Positions 1 through 10,330 of a stretch of DNA of 64,000 nt are shown in pieces. The notes under the pieces were generated by a model, which ran no database searches, was not told where the DNA came from, and saw nothing but the letters and a program-made list of their open reading frames with translations. Each line of letters opens with the position of its first letter. The first letter of the stretch is position 1. Source of the DNA: Smithellaceae bacterium (GTDB lineage Bacteria; Desulfobacterota; Syntrophia; Syntrophales; Smithellaceae); contig CAXXVL010000001.1 of NCBI GenBank assembly GCA_963667845.2, positions 480,001-544,000 of the forward strand, in the 5' to 3' direction. The position numbers were made by a program, and so were the translations under genes.

Positions 1-672
1 ACGAAGCAGCAGTTTGACGATATCACCACGCGAGTTGCGCTGGCTGAGGCGGAGCTGGAAAGGGCGAAAGCGACACTGGCCATCTCCCGGGAAAAGCTTG
101 TCCGCACCAAAATCCTTTCGCCGATTTCCGGCGCGGTTAAGGAGAAAAAAGTGTCGGTGGGTGATTATGTCCGTAACGGAACACCGCTTTTCCAGCTGAT
201 TAAAATTGATCGTCTCAAACTTAACTTTACCATCACCGAAAAGGACGTGGCCGGGCTGAAGATCGGACAGGACGTCATGTTTACCGTCGACGCTTTCCCG
301 GGGAAGCAATTCAAAGGCCGGGTGAACCTGCTTTACCCCAACGTCGAGGAAAGAACGCGGACGCTTCAGGCGGAAGCGACTGTCCCCAACGCGGATCGTC
401 TGTTAAAGCCGGGATATTTTGCCCGGGTGCAAATATATACGCAGGCGGCGCGGGACGTCGTCGTGGCTCCCATTACGGCGCTGATGTACGACGGTCCCAC
501 AATCCGGATTTTTGTGATCAACGGCAATAAGGCCAAAGAAAGAACGATTAAGACGGGCAATAAGTACGGCGAATATGTGGAAGTGACCGAGGGACTCAAG
601 GATAAAGAACAGATTGTCATAGTCGGGCAGAACAATCTGTCGGAAGGAGTGAAGGTCAATGTGGCTCGCTGA
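1..672 (+). CDS. RND efflux periplasmic adaptor (membrane fusion protein), 5'-truncated by window edge
   Basis: Frame is open from base 1 (TKQQFDDITTRVALAEAELERAKATL...ILSPISGAV...VSVGDYVRNG); has MFP features (LKPGYFARV, VTEGLKDKEQIV); overlaps the start of the RND permease. Confidence 0.92.
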   Translation, partial: TKQQFDDITTRVALAEAELERAKATLAISREKLVRTKILSPISGAVKEKKVSVGDYVRNGTPLFQLIKIDRLKLNFTITEKDVAGLKIGQDVMFTVDAFPGKQFKGRVNLLYPNVEERTRTLQAEATVPNADRLLKPGYFARVQIYTQAARDVVVAPITALMYDGPTIRIFVINGNKAKERTIKTGNKYGEYVEVTEGLKDKEQIVIVGQNNLSEGVKVNVAR

Positions 673-3600
673 TACCTCCGTCAAACGCCCGGTTTTCGCC
701 ACGATGGTCATCATGGCCCTGGTGGTGCTCGGCATCGTCAGTTATCCGTCTATCGGCGTCGATCTTTTTCCCAAGATCGATTTCCCCATTGTTACCATTA
801 CAACGGTATTGAAGGGCGCCAGTCCCGACGTCATGGATGTGGATGTCACGGATCGCATTGAAGGCGCCGTCAATACCATTAACGGCGTCAAAAGCATTAC
901 GTCCACGAGTTACGAAAGTATGTCCCGCACGACGATCGAATTCGTTCTGGAGCGGGATATCGATCAGGCCGTTCAGGATGTGCGGGAAAAAGTATCCGGC
1001 ATCCGCAACAAGCTGCCCGACGATATTGAGGAGCCCAAGATAGCCAAAGTGGATCCCGACGCTCAGCCGATTTTGTTTTTGAATCTTTCCGGGGACCGGT
1101 CGGTGCGTGATCTTTCCACATACGCCGATGAAGTCCTGAAAGAACAATTGCAGCGCATCAACGGCGTGGGCGACGTCATTTTCTATGGGCTCAGGCTCAG
1201 GCAGGTGCGCATCTGGCTCGATACCGCCAAAATGCAGGCCTATCAGGTGTCTCCCGGCGACGTCGTTATGGCCCTGAAACGTGAAAATATCGAGCTGCCG
1301 GGGGGCCGGATTGAAACCCGGACCAAGGAATATACCGTCCGGATCAAGGGTGAGTTTGCCAAGATTCCCGACTTCAATGACCTGATCATCAGTTACTATA
1401 AAGGCGCACCGGTCCGCGTCCGGAATATCGGCCGGGCGGAAGACGGCATGGAAGAAAAACGAACGCTGTCGCGTTTCAACAGAATTCCGGCCGTCGGCAT
1501 GGCGATTCAGAAGCAATCGGGAACCAACACGGTAGAAGTGGCCAACCGCGTGAAAGAGGAAGTGGCAAAAATAAACAAGACACTGCCTCCGGGGATGAAG
1601 GTCAATACGGCCGTGGATCAGTCGCTTTTCATTGTTCGTTCGATCGATGAAGTGCAGTTTCATTTAATCATCGGCAGTATCTTCGCCATTCTGGCTGTTT
1701 TTATCTTTCTCAAGAATATACGCACGACGCTCATCAGCGCTGTCGCTTTGCCTGTTTCCGTCATCTCGACCTTCGCGCTGATCAACGCTTTCGGCTTCAC
1801 CTTTAACAACATGACCATGCTGGCTCTGTCGCTCTCGGTGGGTTTGCTCATTGATGACGCCATTATTGTCATTGAAAATATCTACCGGCACGTGGAAGAG
1901 GGCATGGAACCCCGGGAGGCGGCAACTTTTGGTACATCGGAAATCGGTCTGGCGGTTATGGCGACGACGTTTGCCATTGTCGGCATCTTTCTGCCCGTTG
2001 CTTTCATGAAAGGAATTATCGGCCGGTTCTTCCTCCAGTTTGCCTTAACGATTATTTTCGCGATTCTGGTGTCCTTGCTTGTTTCCTTTACCCTGACACC
2101 CATGATGGCATCGATCTTTCTTAAATCGCATAAGAAATCCATCCCCAATCCTCTGGGTGCGGGTGCCGGCGGCGTCGGTAGCGGCAAAAAAGCCATCTGG
2201 ACCAGAATCAGCGATCGGATGGAGCATTATTACACAAAACTGGAATCGTTTTACCGTGCGGCTCTGGAATTTACTCTGGGCTATCGCAAAACGGTGCTCG
2301 TATCCGCCTTGATCATATTTCTCCTGAGCCTGGGTCTTACGGCTTTTATCGGGAAGGAATTCAACCCGCCCGAAGATCAGGGTGTCTTCATGATTCGCAT
2401 GGAAGCGCCGATTGATTATTCCGTTGAGCAGATAGAACAATATCTGGGAAAAACGGAAGCCATGATGCAGGACATTCCGGAAATCAAATCTGTTTATTAT
2501 GTTCAGGGATACGGGGGCTATCCCAATCGTGCCCTAATGATGCTCAATCTGAAGCCGAAGGCTGAACGCGAGAAAAGTCAGGAAGATCTCAAGAAGATTG
2601 CGCGAACGAAATTGCGGGCGATTCCCGGGTTGAAAGTATCTGCGGAAGACATTTCGGTTGTCGGAGGCGGGATCAGAAATGTGCCGATTCAATATAGTAT
2701 TCGCGGACAGGATCTCGGCGCCCTGCAAAAGTATGCAAAGCAGATAACGGCTGAATTCTCCAAACTGCCGGGGATTGTGGATGTGGACACTTCACTGGAG
2801 GTCGGTAAGCCGGAATTCAAGGTCTACATTGACCGTGACCGTGCGGCCAATTTGGGTGTGGACGTGGCCAGTGTCGCCGAGGCGATCAACCTACTGATCA
2901 GCGGAGAACTGGACATTGCCCGGTATAAAGATGAGATCAAGGGAAAGCGATACGATATTCGTGTGAGACTCAATCCGGAGGATCGCGAAAGCGCAAGCAC
3001 GATGCAGCGAATTTCCGTGCGTGCCCGCGATGGGAAACTCGTTGAACTGGCCAACGTGGTCAAGGTAGAGGAAGGCACCGGCCCCAGCGTCATCAACCGT
3101 GTTGACCGGCAAAGGGCCATTACCGTATTTGCCTCACTGGAAAGTAAGCCCCTCGGACAGGCCAAAGACGAACTCGACGGCATCGCCTCCAAAATCCTGC
3201 CGTCGGATTATTTGCCCAAATACCAGGGGATGGCGGATACCATGAAAGAATCCTTCGGCTATCTGCTTTTCGCCCTGATGCTGGGCGTCATCATGGCCTA
3301 TATGATTCTGGCCGCGCAGTTCGAAAGCTTCGTCCATCCGGTTACGGTTTTGCTTTCTCTGCCGCTGTCATTTGTCGGCGCGTTCGGCGCTTTGTTTATC
3401 ACGGGCAAGACGCTCAATATTTTCAGCTTTATCGGCTTGATTCTGCTCATGGGGCTTGTAAAGAAGAACGCTATCTTGCTCGTGGATTATACGAACGTTT
3501 TACGAGGCCGCGGCATGTCGCGTCGTGAAGCCATCCTCCAGGCGGGACCTGTCCGGATGCGTCCCATTCTGATGACGACGTTCGCGATGGTTTTCGGTAT

Positions 3601-3793
3601 GTTGCCGATTGCATTGGGAGTCGGCGAAGGTGCGGAAACGCGTGCTCCGATGGGGATCTCGGTGATTGGCGGGCTCTTGACTTCACTCGTATTGACGCTG
3701 ATTGTCATTCCGTCCGCCTATGATATCTTCGATGACTGGCAGGAAAGATTTAAGAACAGAAAAAGCAGAAAAGAGAAACTTGCGCAAAAATAA
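659..3793 (+). CDS. RND efflux permease (AcrB/AcrD/AcrF family)
   Basis: 1044 aa; N-terminal SVKRPVFATM; GLLIDDAIIVIENI; GLVKKNAILLVD; RMRPILMTT. Confidence 0.97.
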   Translation: MWLADTSVKRPVFATMVIMALVVLGIVSYPSIGVDLFPKIDFPIVTITTVLKGASPDVMDVDVTDRIEGAVNTINGVKSITSTSYESMSRTTIEFVLERDIDQAVQDVREKVSGIRNKLPDDIEEPKIAKVDPDAQPILFLNLSGDRSVRDLSTYADEVLKEQLQRINGVGDVIFYGLRLRQVRIWLDTAKMQAYQVSPGDVVMALKRENIELPGGRIETRTKEYTVRIKGEFAKIPDFNDLIISYYKGAPVRVRNIGRAEDGMEEKRTLSRFNRIPAVGMAIQKQSGTNTVEVANRVKEEVAKINKTLPPGMKVNTAVDQSLFIVRSIDEVQFHLIIGSIFAILAVFIFLKNIRTTLISAVALPVSVISTFALINAFGFTFNNMTMLALSLSVGLLIDDAIIVIENIYRHVEEGMEPREAATFGTSEIGLAVMATTFAIVGIFLPVAFMKGIIGRFFLQFALTIIFAILVSLLVSFTLTPMMASIFLKSHKKSIPNPLGAGAGGVGSGKKAIWTRISDRMEHYYTKLESFYRAALEFTLGYRKTVLVSALIIFLLSLGLTAFIGKEFNPPEDQGVFMIRMEAPIDYSVEQIEQYLGKTEAMMQDIPEIKSVYYVQGYGGYPNRALMMLNLKPKAEREKSQEDLKKIARTKLRAIPGLKVSAEDISVVGGGIRNVPIQYSIRGQDLGALQKYAKQITAEFSKLPGIVDVDTSLEVGKPEFKVYIDRDRAANLGVDVASVAEAINLLISGELDIARYKDEIKGKRYDIRVRLNPEDRESASTMQRISVRARDGKLVELANVVKVEEGTGPSVINRVDRQRAITVFASLESKPLGQAKDELDGIASKILPSDYLPKYQGMADTMKESFGYLLFALMLGVIMAYMILAAQFESFVHPVTVLLSLPLSFVGAFGALFITGKTLNIFSFIGLILLMGLVKKNAILLVDYTNVLRGRGMSRREAILQAGPVRMRPILMTTFAMVFGMLPIALGVGEGAETRAPMGISVIGGLLTSLVLTLIVIPSAYDIFDDWQERFKNRKSRKEKLAQK

Positions 3794-3820
3794 TTTTTTG
3801 ACGCTCAGAGAGGTTTCCCC

Positions 3821-4111
3821 ATGAAAATGTTTCTTGTTGTTTACGCCGAGGCTTCCGATGAAACGATCACCACTGCATTTAAGAATGCCGGCTATAGATC
3901 CTATACGAAAATGCACGGCGCGACGGGTGAGGGCGAGGAGAGCGAACCCAAACTGGACACGCATTTCTGGCCCGGGAGGAACAACACGCTGCTGTTTGCG
4001 GTGCCCAACGAAGAAGTTGAACGTCTGATTCAACTGGTGAGAACACTGAGGAAGGAGCAGCCGCGTGCCGGTTTGCGGGCTTTCACATTTCCACTGGAGG
4101 AGTGCGTTTAG
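3821..4111 (+). CDS. P-II-like transporter-associated small protein (PG0541-like)
   Basis: 96 aa with RBS GAGG; YTK..GATGEG..EPKLDTHFWPGRNN pattern; directly after the RND permease. Confidence 0.75.
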   Translation: MKMFLVVYAEASDETITTAFKNAGYRSYTKMHGATGEGEESEPKLDTHFWPGRNNTLLFAVPNEEVERLIQLVRTLRKEQPRAGLRAFTFPLEECV

Positions 4112-4287
4112 CGATGGCGGGCCCCAGAAATACGAACAGACAAAAAGACATTTCCCGGCTCCTGAGGCAGAAGAAGACGGTCTTACCTGTGCCTCTCAAA
4201 GAAAGGAGGCAAGCGCCTCCCGGGAAAAAGGGCAAATAGAAACGTCTGCCGATCCGGCGGCGCAACGTTCCAATGGCGAGCCGTTGG

Positions 4288-4770
4288 TCAGGCTTTGTGA
4301 TAGAACATCCTCAGATATTCTTTTTCCATTTGCTGAAGATCCTTGGTGCGTTCTTTCAGCATCCACTCCAGGAAATCCCGGTGCCGTTTAAGTTCCAGCT
4401 GGGCCCTGATTCTGGCTTTAACGACGATGGGCTTGAACGGTTTGGTGATATAGTCCGCAGCATCCAGCTCAAACCCCAGCGCCTCATCCTCTTCCTGTCC
4501 TTTAGCGGTTATAAAAATGACCGGGATCGAGTTGGTGTATTCATCACTCTTGAGGCGTTTGATCACCTCGTACCCATCCATGTCCGGCATGATGATATCC
4601 AGGAGAATTAAATCAGGCCGTGCAGTGGACATGGCAATTTTCATCCCGACATTTCCGTCTTTGGCAAACAGGACATTATAATCGTTCTGAAGCAGTTCGT
4701 TGAGCACGGAAATATTGGAAACTTCATCATCGATGATCAAAATGGTCTGCATAAGCTTGTCTGTCTTCAA
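4288..4770 (-). CDS. Response regulator (REC domain plus short helical tail)
   Basis: ILIIDD, DLILLDIIMPDMDG, FITAK, DYITKPF; start overlaps the kinase stop codon. Confidence 0.93.
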   Translation of the reverse strand: MKTDKLMQTILIIDDEVSNISVLNELLQNDYNVLFAKDGNVGMKIAMSTARPDLILLDIIMPDMDGYEVIKRLKSDEYTNSIPVIFITAKGQEEDEALGFELDAADYITKPFKPIVVKARIRAQLELKRHRDFLEWMLKERTKDLQQMEKEYLRMFYHKA

Positions 4771-7700
4771 TTTTCAACCCCTCCTCTCGGGCTTGGATTA
4801 ATTTTTTCAGAAAGGTCATCGAGCAGGTGCAGCGCACCGGCGAAATCAAGGTTCGTTAGCCTGGACGCAAGCTGGTTCAATTCAGCGTCAAACGAGCGAT
4901 TCGGCATGTGTCTTCTTAAAGCAGCGAATTGTTTTGCGGCGCGTAAATCATTATTTTGCAGCGATAAGGAGAGGTCCCGGAAGAGCGAAGCAAGTGCGGC
5001 TGCGTCGGGTTGTGCTGCGTCCGGACGATCGAGTCCGTGATTTCGATTGGCGTCTGCGAGCTCCGTGACGGAGCGGAGAGCGACGGCAAACGCATCTTCG
5101 AGCTCACGTGCCGCGGAGATAATGTCCTCCGGAGTGCCCGACCGAACCTCATGTTCCAGTTGCTTTGCGCGGCAGGCGACGTCGGTCAGCGACAAATTGG
5201 CCGCGGCGCCTTTGATCGTATGAACCTGATCAGCCACGAGTCGGTAATCTTTCTCCCGAATGGCTTTGGCGATTTCACTTTCGGCAGACACATAGTGATC
5301 GACGAAGGACGTGAGCAAATTAAGATACAGACGCTTATTGCCCTGAAGCCTTTCCAAACCTTGTTCGAAATGAATGCCCGGCAGCGACTGGGGAACATTG
5401 AAGCCGGAGTCGGCCTCCTCCGGGCTTTGGCCCGGAGGGGCGGCAATATTTTCGTTTCTCTTCGGCCGCGGCGCGAGCCATTTGACGAGGACGGACATCA
5501 AGACCTCTACGTCGAGGGGCTTGGCAATAAAATCGTTCATGCCGGCGGCGAGGCATTCTTTTTTGGTGCTCGCCGTGTCATGAGCCGTCATGGCCACGAT
5601 CGGGATGTCCTTCAGACGGTCTATTTTCCTGATGCGGGCCGTTGCCTCCAGACCGCTCATCCCCGGCAGCTGTATGTCCATGAGGATAAGATCGTACGCC
5701 GCCGCATTGATTCGCTCCAGAGCCTCCGGTCCGGTGTTGGCGATGTCGACCAGGAGTCCCATTCCTTCCAGCAATTCCGTTGTGAGTTGTTGATTAATGA
5801 TGTTGTCTTCCACGAGCAGAACTTCGGCATCTTCCATGCGGTCGGATATGTATTCACGCACTTTTTGATCTGCGGGACTTCCGGATGCCGCGTTCGCGTC
5901 AGGGGGCGCTCCGGAATCCGGCCCGCGGCGGTCAAACGGGATGGTGAAAGAGAAAATGCTGCCTTTGCCCGGCTGACTCTGCACCTGAATCCGGCCGCTC
6001 ATGATTTCCACCAGCCGTTTACAAATGGCCAGACCGAGTCCCGTTCCGCCGAATCTCCGTGTGATGGAAGAGTCTGCCTGGGAAAACGGCTGGAAAAGTT
6101 TGGACACCTGTGCCTCGGTCATGCCGATGCCGGTGTCTTCGATGAAAAACGTCAGCCGGCAGGTTTCCGGGGAAAGGTCCCGGGCGACCACGCGAACGGT
6201 AACTGAGCCGGACGACGTAAATTTAACGGCATTGTTGGTGAGATTGAGCAAAATCTGGTTTAAACGCAGCGGATCGCCGATGAGTGCCAGAGGGACATCC
6301 GGTGCGATGGAGAGGGTAAACCGGACTCCTTTTTCCTGAGCCTTAAGCGACGCGATTTCCGAGGTGTTCCGGATGACCTCGTCGAGCTGAAAATCAACAC
6401 TCTCAATTTCCAGATGTTCGGCTTCGATCTTGGAAAAATCGAGAATGTCATTGATCAGATGGAGAAGGTTTTGTGCGGATCCGGAAATCATATTCAAATA
6501 ACGCCGCAGTTTGGGCGTCAGGGTGTTCTGCAGCGCCAGGTTGGAAAAACCGATGATCGCGTTCATCGGTGTGCGTATTTCGTGGCTCATATTCGCCAGG
6601 AATTCATTTTTGGACTGCGACGTTTTTTCGGCGGCTTCCTTGGCGATGCGCAGCTCGTCGAGCCGTTTCCTTTCGGTGATGTCCCGCATCATGCCTTCGT
6701 AGTACAGGACATTCCCCGCCTCGTCATGGATCACACGAGCATCGACGAGGGTTGTGATGGGGGTTTTATCCTTCCGGTGGGCGAGGTATTCAATGTCCTT
6801 CACATAGCCGTATTTCTTGATCAGCGACAGCATTTCTCTGATTTTAACCGTATCGGTGTAGATGTCCGGAGGCGGGTTTTCGTAGACATCGAGCATTTCA
6901 TCGACCGAGGCATACCCAAGGATTTGCGCCAGAGCCGGATTGACAGTCAGCATCCGGCCCGACGGAGCGATCTGAAAGACGCCTTCATTTGCGTTGTAGA
7001 AGATATCCCTGTATTTGGCTTCCGTTTCCCGCATGGCTATTTGAGAGGAGGTTAATTCCCGGTAGCGGGCGTTGTTGCGCTCCACCATCCTGTTGACGGC
7101 CTGCTTCAGGCCGGACATCTCCCGGGTCAGCTTGGCGTAAGGCATGTAGACGTTTTCATTGACATCCGAATTGCTGACCTTTGTTGCATAGGCTTCCAGG
7201 TACTCCAGCGGGCGATTCACATAATGGATGAGCACAAGAAACAGAGCCAGCATCAGGATGAGCGTGAAGAAGATAAAATAGACGGCAGTCTTCAGCATGC
7301 TGTGGAGCAAATCGCTCCCGATAAATTCCGGCGTGATAAAAATTTCCAGGGTGCCGATGCTCTTTCCCCCGTAAAGCAGGCTGCTTGTTTGATAAAGATG
7401 GTTTGCCCGACGGATGCTTCCGGTTGCCGGGACGATGTGCCAGTTTTCATCCCGGGTCAGCGCCGCAACGATTTGGCGATCATCTCTCACGACGACACCC
7501 GCGAGGGTTTTGTTCTGCATGTAACTTTCGATGATATGGGTCAGGCCGTCGACGTTCTTCGTCTGCAGCGGCTGGGCAATGCCCAGGGAGATTTGCCCCG
7601 AAATCTCGTCGAGGCTGATGCGCAGGTGTTCTTCGGCGTTGCGATATTCCCGGTAATAATTGAGAGCGGCAAATGCGGTCATCAGCAGGGCGGTCACGGT

Positions 7701-7781
7701 GATGAGCGCGATGATGATGACGGTTCTCAGCGACTTGGCGGGACGAATGGTATCCTTGTTAGGTGTCATCATGAAATGCAC
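4767..7781 (-). CDS. Membrane hybrid sensor histidine kinase (HAMP-PAS-HisKA-HATPase-REC-Hpt)
   Basis: Two TM helices; FLANMSHEIRTPMN; NLTNNAVKFT; DTGIG; GGTGLGL; REC domain LLVEDN/ILMDIQLP; Hpt motif HTIKGAA. Confidence 0.95.
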   Translation of the reverse strand: MHFMMTPNKDTIRPAKSLRTVIIIALITVTALLMTAFAALNYYREYRNAEEHLRISLDEISGQISLGIAQPLQTKNVDGLTHIIESYMQNKTLAGVVVRDDRQIVAALTRDENWHIVPATGSIRRANHLYQTSSLLYGGKSIGTLEIFITPEFIGSDLLHSMLKTAVYFIFFTLILMLALFLVLIHYVNRPLEYLEAYATKVSNSDVNENVYMPYAKLTREMSGLKQAVNRMVERNNARYRELTSSQIAMRETEAKYRDIFYNANEGVFQIAPSGRMLTVNPALAQILGYASVDEMLDVYENPPPDIYTDTVKIREMLSLIKKYGYVKDIEYLAHRKDKTPITTLVDARVIHDEAGNVLYYEGMMRDITERKRLDELRIAKEAAEKTSQSKNEFLANMSHEIRTPMNAIIGFSNLALQNTLTPKLRRYLNMISGSAQNLLHLINDILDFSKIEAEHLEIESVDFQLDEVIRNTSEIASLKAQEKGVRFTLSIAPDVPLALIGDPLRLNQILLNLTNNAVKFTSSGSVTVRVVARDLSPETCRLTFFIEDTGIGMTEAQVSKLFQPFSQADSSITRRFGGTGLGLAICKRLVEIMSGRIQVQSQPGKGSIFSFTIPFDRRGPDSGAPPDANAASGSPADQKVREYISDRMEDAEVLLVEDNIINQQLTTELLEGMGLLVDIANTGPEALERINAAAYDLILMDIQLPGMSGLEATARIRKIDRLKDIPIVAMTAHDTASTKKECLAAGMNDFIAKPLDVEVLMSVLVKWLAPRPKRNENIAAPPGQSPEEADSGFNVPQSLPGIHFEQGLERLQGNKRLYLNLLTSFVDHYVSAESEIAKAIREKDYRLVADQVHTIKGAAANLSLTDVACRAKQLEHEVRSGTPEDIISAARELEDAFAVALRSVTELADANRNHGLDRPDAAQPDAAALASLFRDLSLSLQNNDLRAAKQFAALRRHMPNRSFDAELNQLASRLTNLDFAGALHLLDDLSEKINPSPRGGVEN

Positions 7782-7906
7782 TTCTTAAAAGCCCTGTGAC
7801 GAATCTCATTTATTTTGTGAACGGATTATAGGGGATTTACCTGATCGCGTCAATGCGCAATAAGAAAGACGCTCTGCACGTTATCCGGCGCAGCGTCCCG
7901 GGAAAA

Positions 7907-8968
7907 TCAGTTTGTCTGCTGAGTCCCGCTCAGTTGACCGCAGGCGGCAAGAATGTCGCGGCCCTTGCTTTTGCGGATCATGGTGGTGAAATGCCTGTCC
8001 AGCAGAATTTGCTGAAACGCATCTACGTCTTTCGCGGAGGGCGATTTGAACGGCGATCCGGGGTATTCGTTGAAGATAATGAGATTCAATTTGCAGCGCT
8101 GGTCGGTGAGCAGCCGGGCCAGTTTTTCCGCGTCCGCGCGGGAGGAATTGACACCCGCGATCAGGATATATTCAAACGTCAGCAGCCGCCGTCCCGGCAT
8201 CGGGTATTTCTTGCAGGCGGCAAGCAGCGTTTGCAGGGGGTATTTCTTATTGATCGGCATGAGACGATTGCGGGTTTCGTCGTCGGGGGCGTTTAACGAC
8301 ACGGCCAGATTAATACACACATCATTGCCCAGTTGCACGATTTGCGGCGCCAGCCCGCAGGTGGAGACCGTGATCCGGCGATTGGACATGCCCAGGCCGA
8401 AGTCGCAGGTGAGGATTTGGATCGCCTTCAGCGTATTGGCATAATTGGCCAGCGGTTCGCCCATGCCCATCATGACGATATTGTTGACGGCGGCGCCTTC
8501 CGGCGTCTCGTGCTTCAGGGTAATCATCTGGCCGACGATTTCTGCGGGCGTTAAGTTGCGCTTGAAGCCCTGCCGGGCGGTCAGGCAGAATTCGCAGCCC
8601 ATCGCGCATCCGGCCTGTGTGGACAGGCAAAGGGTCCAGTGGCTTTTTCCCGGAATGAGCACACTTTCGATAAAAAGGCCGTCTTCCAGAACGAGTAGCG
8701 CCTTTTGCGTGCCGTCCTGCGATTTTTGCATTTTGACGATCCTCGGCCGGTAGATGCGGGCCGAGTTTGCGAGCGTCTCCCTGAAATCACGCGCGAGCGT
8801 TGTCATGGCAGCAAAAGACATGCATCCGGATTGATGAAGCCACTTCATGATCTGGCGCGCCCGGTAAGTCTCCTTGCCGGAAGCCGAGATAAACGCTTCC
8901 ATCTCTTCGAGCGTGAAATCGAGCAGGTTGGGCAGTGGATTATTTTTTTTACTCAGCATTGTGACCAA
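7907..8968 (-). CDS. rlmN: Dual-specificity RNA methyltransferase RlmN (radical SAM)
   Basis: CLSTQAGCAMGCEFC; MGMGEPL; SLNAP; GRDILAACGQL. Start could be ATG at 8959. Confidence 0.96.
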   Translation of the reverse strand: MVTMLSKKNNPLPNLLDFTLEEMEAFISASGKETYRARQIMKWLHQSGCMSFAAMTTLARDFRETLANSARIYRPRIVKMQKSQDGTQKALLVLEDGLFIESVLIPGKSHWTLCLSTQAGCAMGCEFCLTARQGFKRNLTPAEIVGQMITLKHETPEGAAVNNIVMMGMGEPLANYANTLKAIQILTCDFGLGMSNRRITVSTCGLAPQIVQLGNDVCINLAVSLNAPDDETRNRLMPINKKYPLQTLLAACKKYPMPGRRLLTFEYILIAGVNSSRADAEKLARLLTDQRCKLNLIIFNEYPGSPFKSPSAKDVDAFQQILLDRHFTTMIRKSKGRDILAACGQLSGTQQTN

Positions 8969-9066
8969 TCATCATGTCGCCCGCGCAGCCGTCATCCGTG
9001 CCGGGCGGAAGAACTGCCTGACACCGGCTCTTGGCAATCATGGACAGCGTGCGGCGGCTGGAGTCG

Positions 9067-10296
9067 TTATTTCCCATCCTGAAGGTTCTTCCCGAGCGTT
9101 GCGGCAATCGCGTCGATAAAGTCTTGTGTATTGACCTTGCGGTTGGACGGCCGTTTTTCGGCGAGCGCGAGCAGGTCGCCGGTCATGACGCCGCCCTCGA
9201 CGGTTTCCAGCGCCGCCCGTTCGACGGCATGGGCAAAGGCCACGACCTCGGGCGTGGAGTCGAGCTCACCGCGCTTGCTGAGGCCTCCGGTCCAGGCAAA
9301 GATCAGGGCCATCGAATTCGAAGACGTTTCCTCACCTTTTAAATGTTTGTAGTAATGTTTCTGGACGGTGCCGTGTGCGGCTTCGTATTCAAACCAGCCG
9401 TTCGGAGACACGAGCACCGACGTCATCATGGCCAGCGATCCGCTGGCGGACGCGATCATGTCCGACATGACATCGCCGTCGTAATTCTTGAGCGCCCACA
9501 GGATCCCGCCTTCCGTCTTCATGATGCGTGCGACCGCGTCGTCGATCAGCGTGAAAAAATATTCGATTCCGGCTTGGGCAAATTTATCCTTCCAGTCTTT
9601 CGCAAATTCGCTCTCGAAGATATCCCGGAATCCGGCGTCATATTTTTTGGAGATCGTATCTTTTGTGGAAAACCAAAGGTCGATTTTTTCGTCAAGTGCG
9701 TAACTGAAGCAGGCCCGGGCGAAACTTAAGATCGATTGTTCCAGATTGTGGTTGATCTGGATGACGCCCGCGGACGGGAATTCTTTGACCAGAGCCCTCT
9801 CAGGCTTCCCGCCGCCGGCCGGCGTGAACACGACTTCCAGTTTCCCGGCCCCGGGGATGTTCATTTCGAAATTGTCGTAGACATCGCCGTAAGCGTGGCG
9901 ACCGATCGTGATCGGTTTGTGCCAGGCGGAAACGCCCGGCTTGATATTGTTGACCAGGATGGGCTTGCGGAAAACCGTTCCGTCCAGCATGGCGCGGATC
10001 GTCCCGTTGGGGCTCTTCCAGGCTTTCTTTAAATGATATTCTTTGACCCGGTCCTCGTTGGGCGTGATCGTGGCGCACTTGATCCCGACACCGTATTTCA
10101 TGATGGCGCGGGCGGCGTCAAACGTTACCTGATCGTCCGTATCGTCGCGATGTTTCACGTGCAGATCGTAGTAGTCGATGTCCATATCCAGATAGGGAAG
10201 AAGCAATTTGTCCTTGACCATCTGCCACATGACGCGGGTCATTTCATCGCCGTCCATTTCAACGACGGTCGTTTTCACTTTGATTTTTTGAGTCAT
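9067..10296 (-). CDS. icd: NADP-dependent isocitrate dehydrogenase (eukaryote-like subfamily)
   Basis: [49 protein letters not shown]. Confidence 0.97.
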   Translation of the reverse strand: MTQKIKVKTTVVEMDGDEMTRVMWQMVKDKLLLPYLDMDIDYYDLHVKHRDDTDDQVTFDAARAIMKYGVGIKCATITPNEDRVKEYHLKKAWKSPNGTIRAMLDGTVFRKPILVNNIKPGVSAWHKPITIGRHAYGDVYDNFEMNIPGAGKLEVVFTPAGGGKPERALVKEFPSAGVIQINHNLEQSILSFARACFSYALDEKIDLWFSTKDTISKKYDAGFRDIFESEFAKDWKDKFAQAGIEYFFTLIDDAVARIMKTEGGILWALKNYDGDVMSDMIASASGSLAMMTSVLVSPNGWFEYEAAHGTVQKHYYKHLKGEETSSNSMALIFAWTGGLSKRGELDSTPEVVAFAHAVERAALETVEGGVMTGDLLALAEKRPSNRKVNTQDFIDAIAATLGKNLQDGK

Positions 10297-10330
10297 ATCA
10301 ATCGGTACTCCGTATCGTTTGGATTAAAGA

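Noticed and set aside
656..1663. 335-aa minus-strand ORF
   Set aside because: Antisense shadow of the RND permease; no motifs.
5010..6206. 398-aa plus-strand ORF
   Set aside because: Antisense to the hybrid kinase; typical shadow ORF of GC-rich codon usage.
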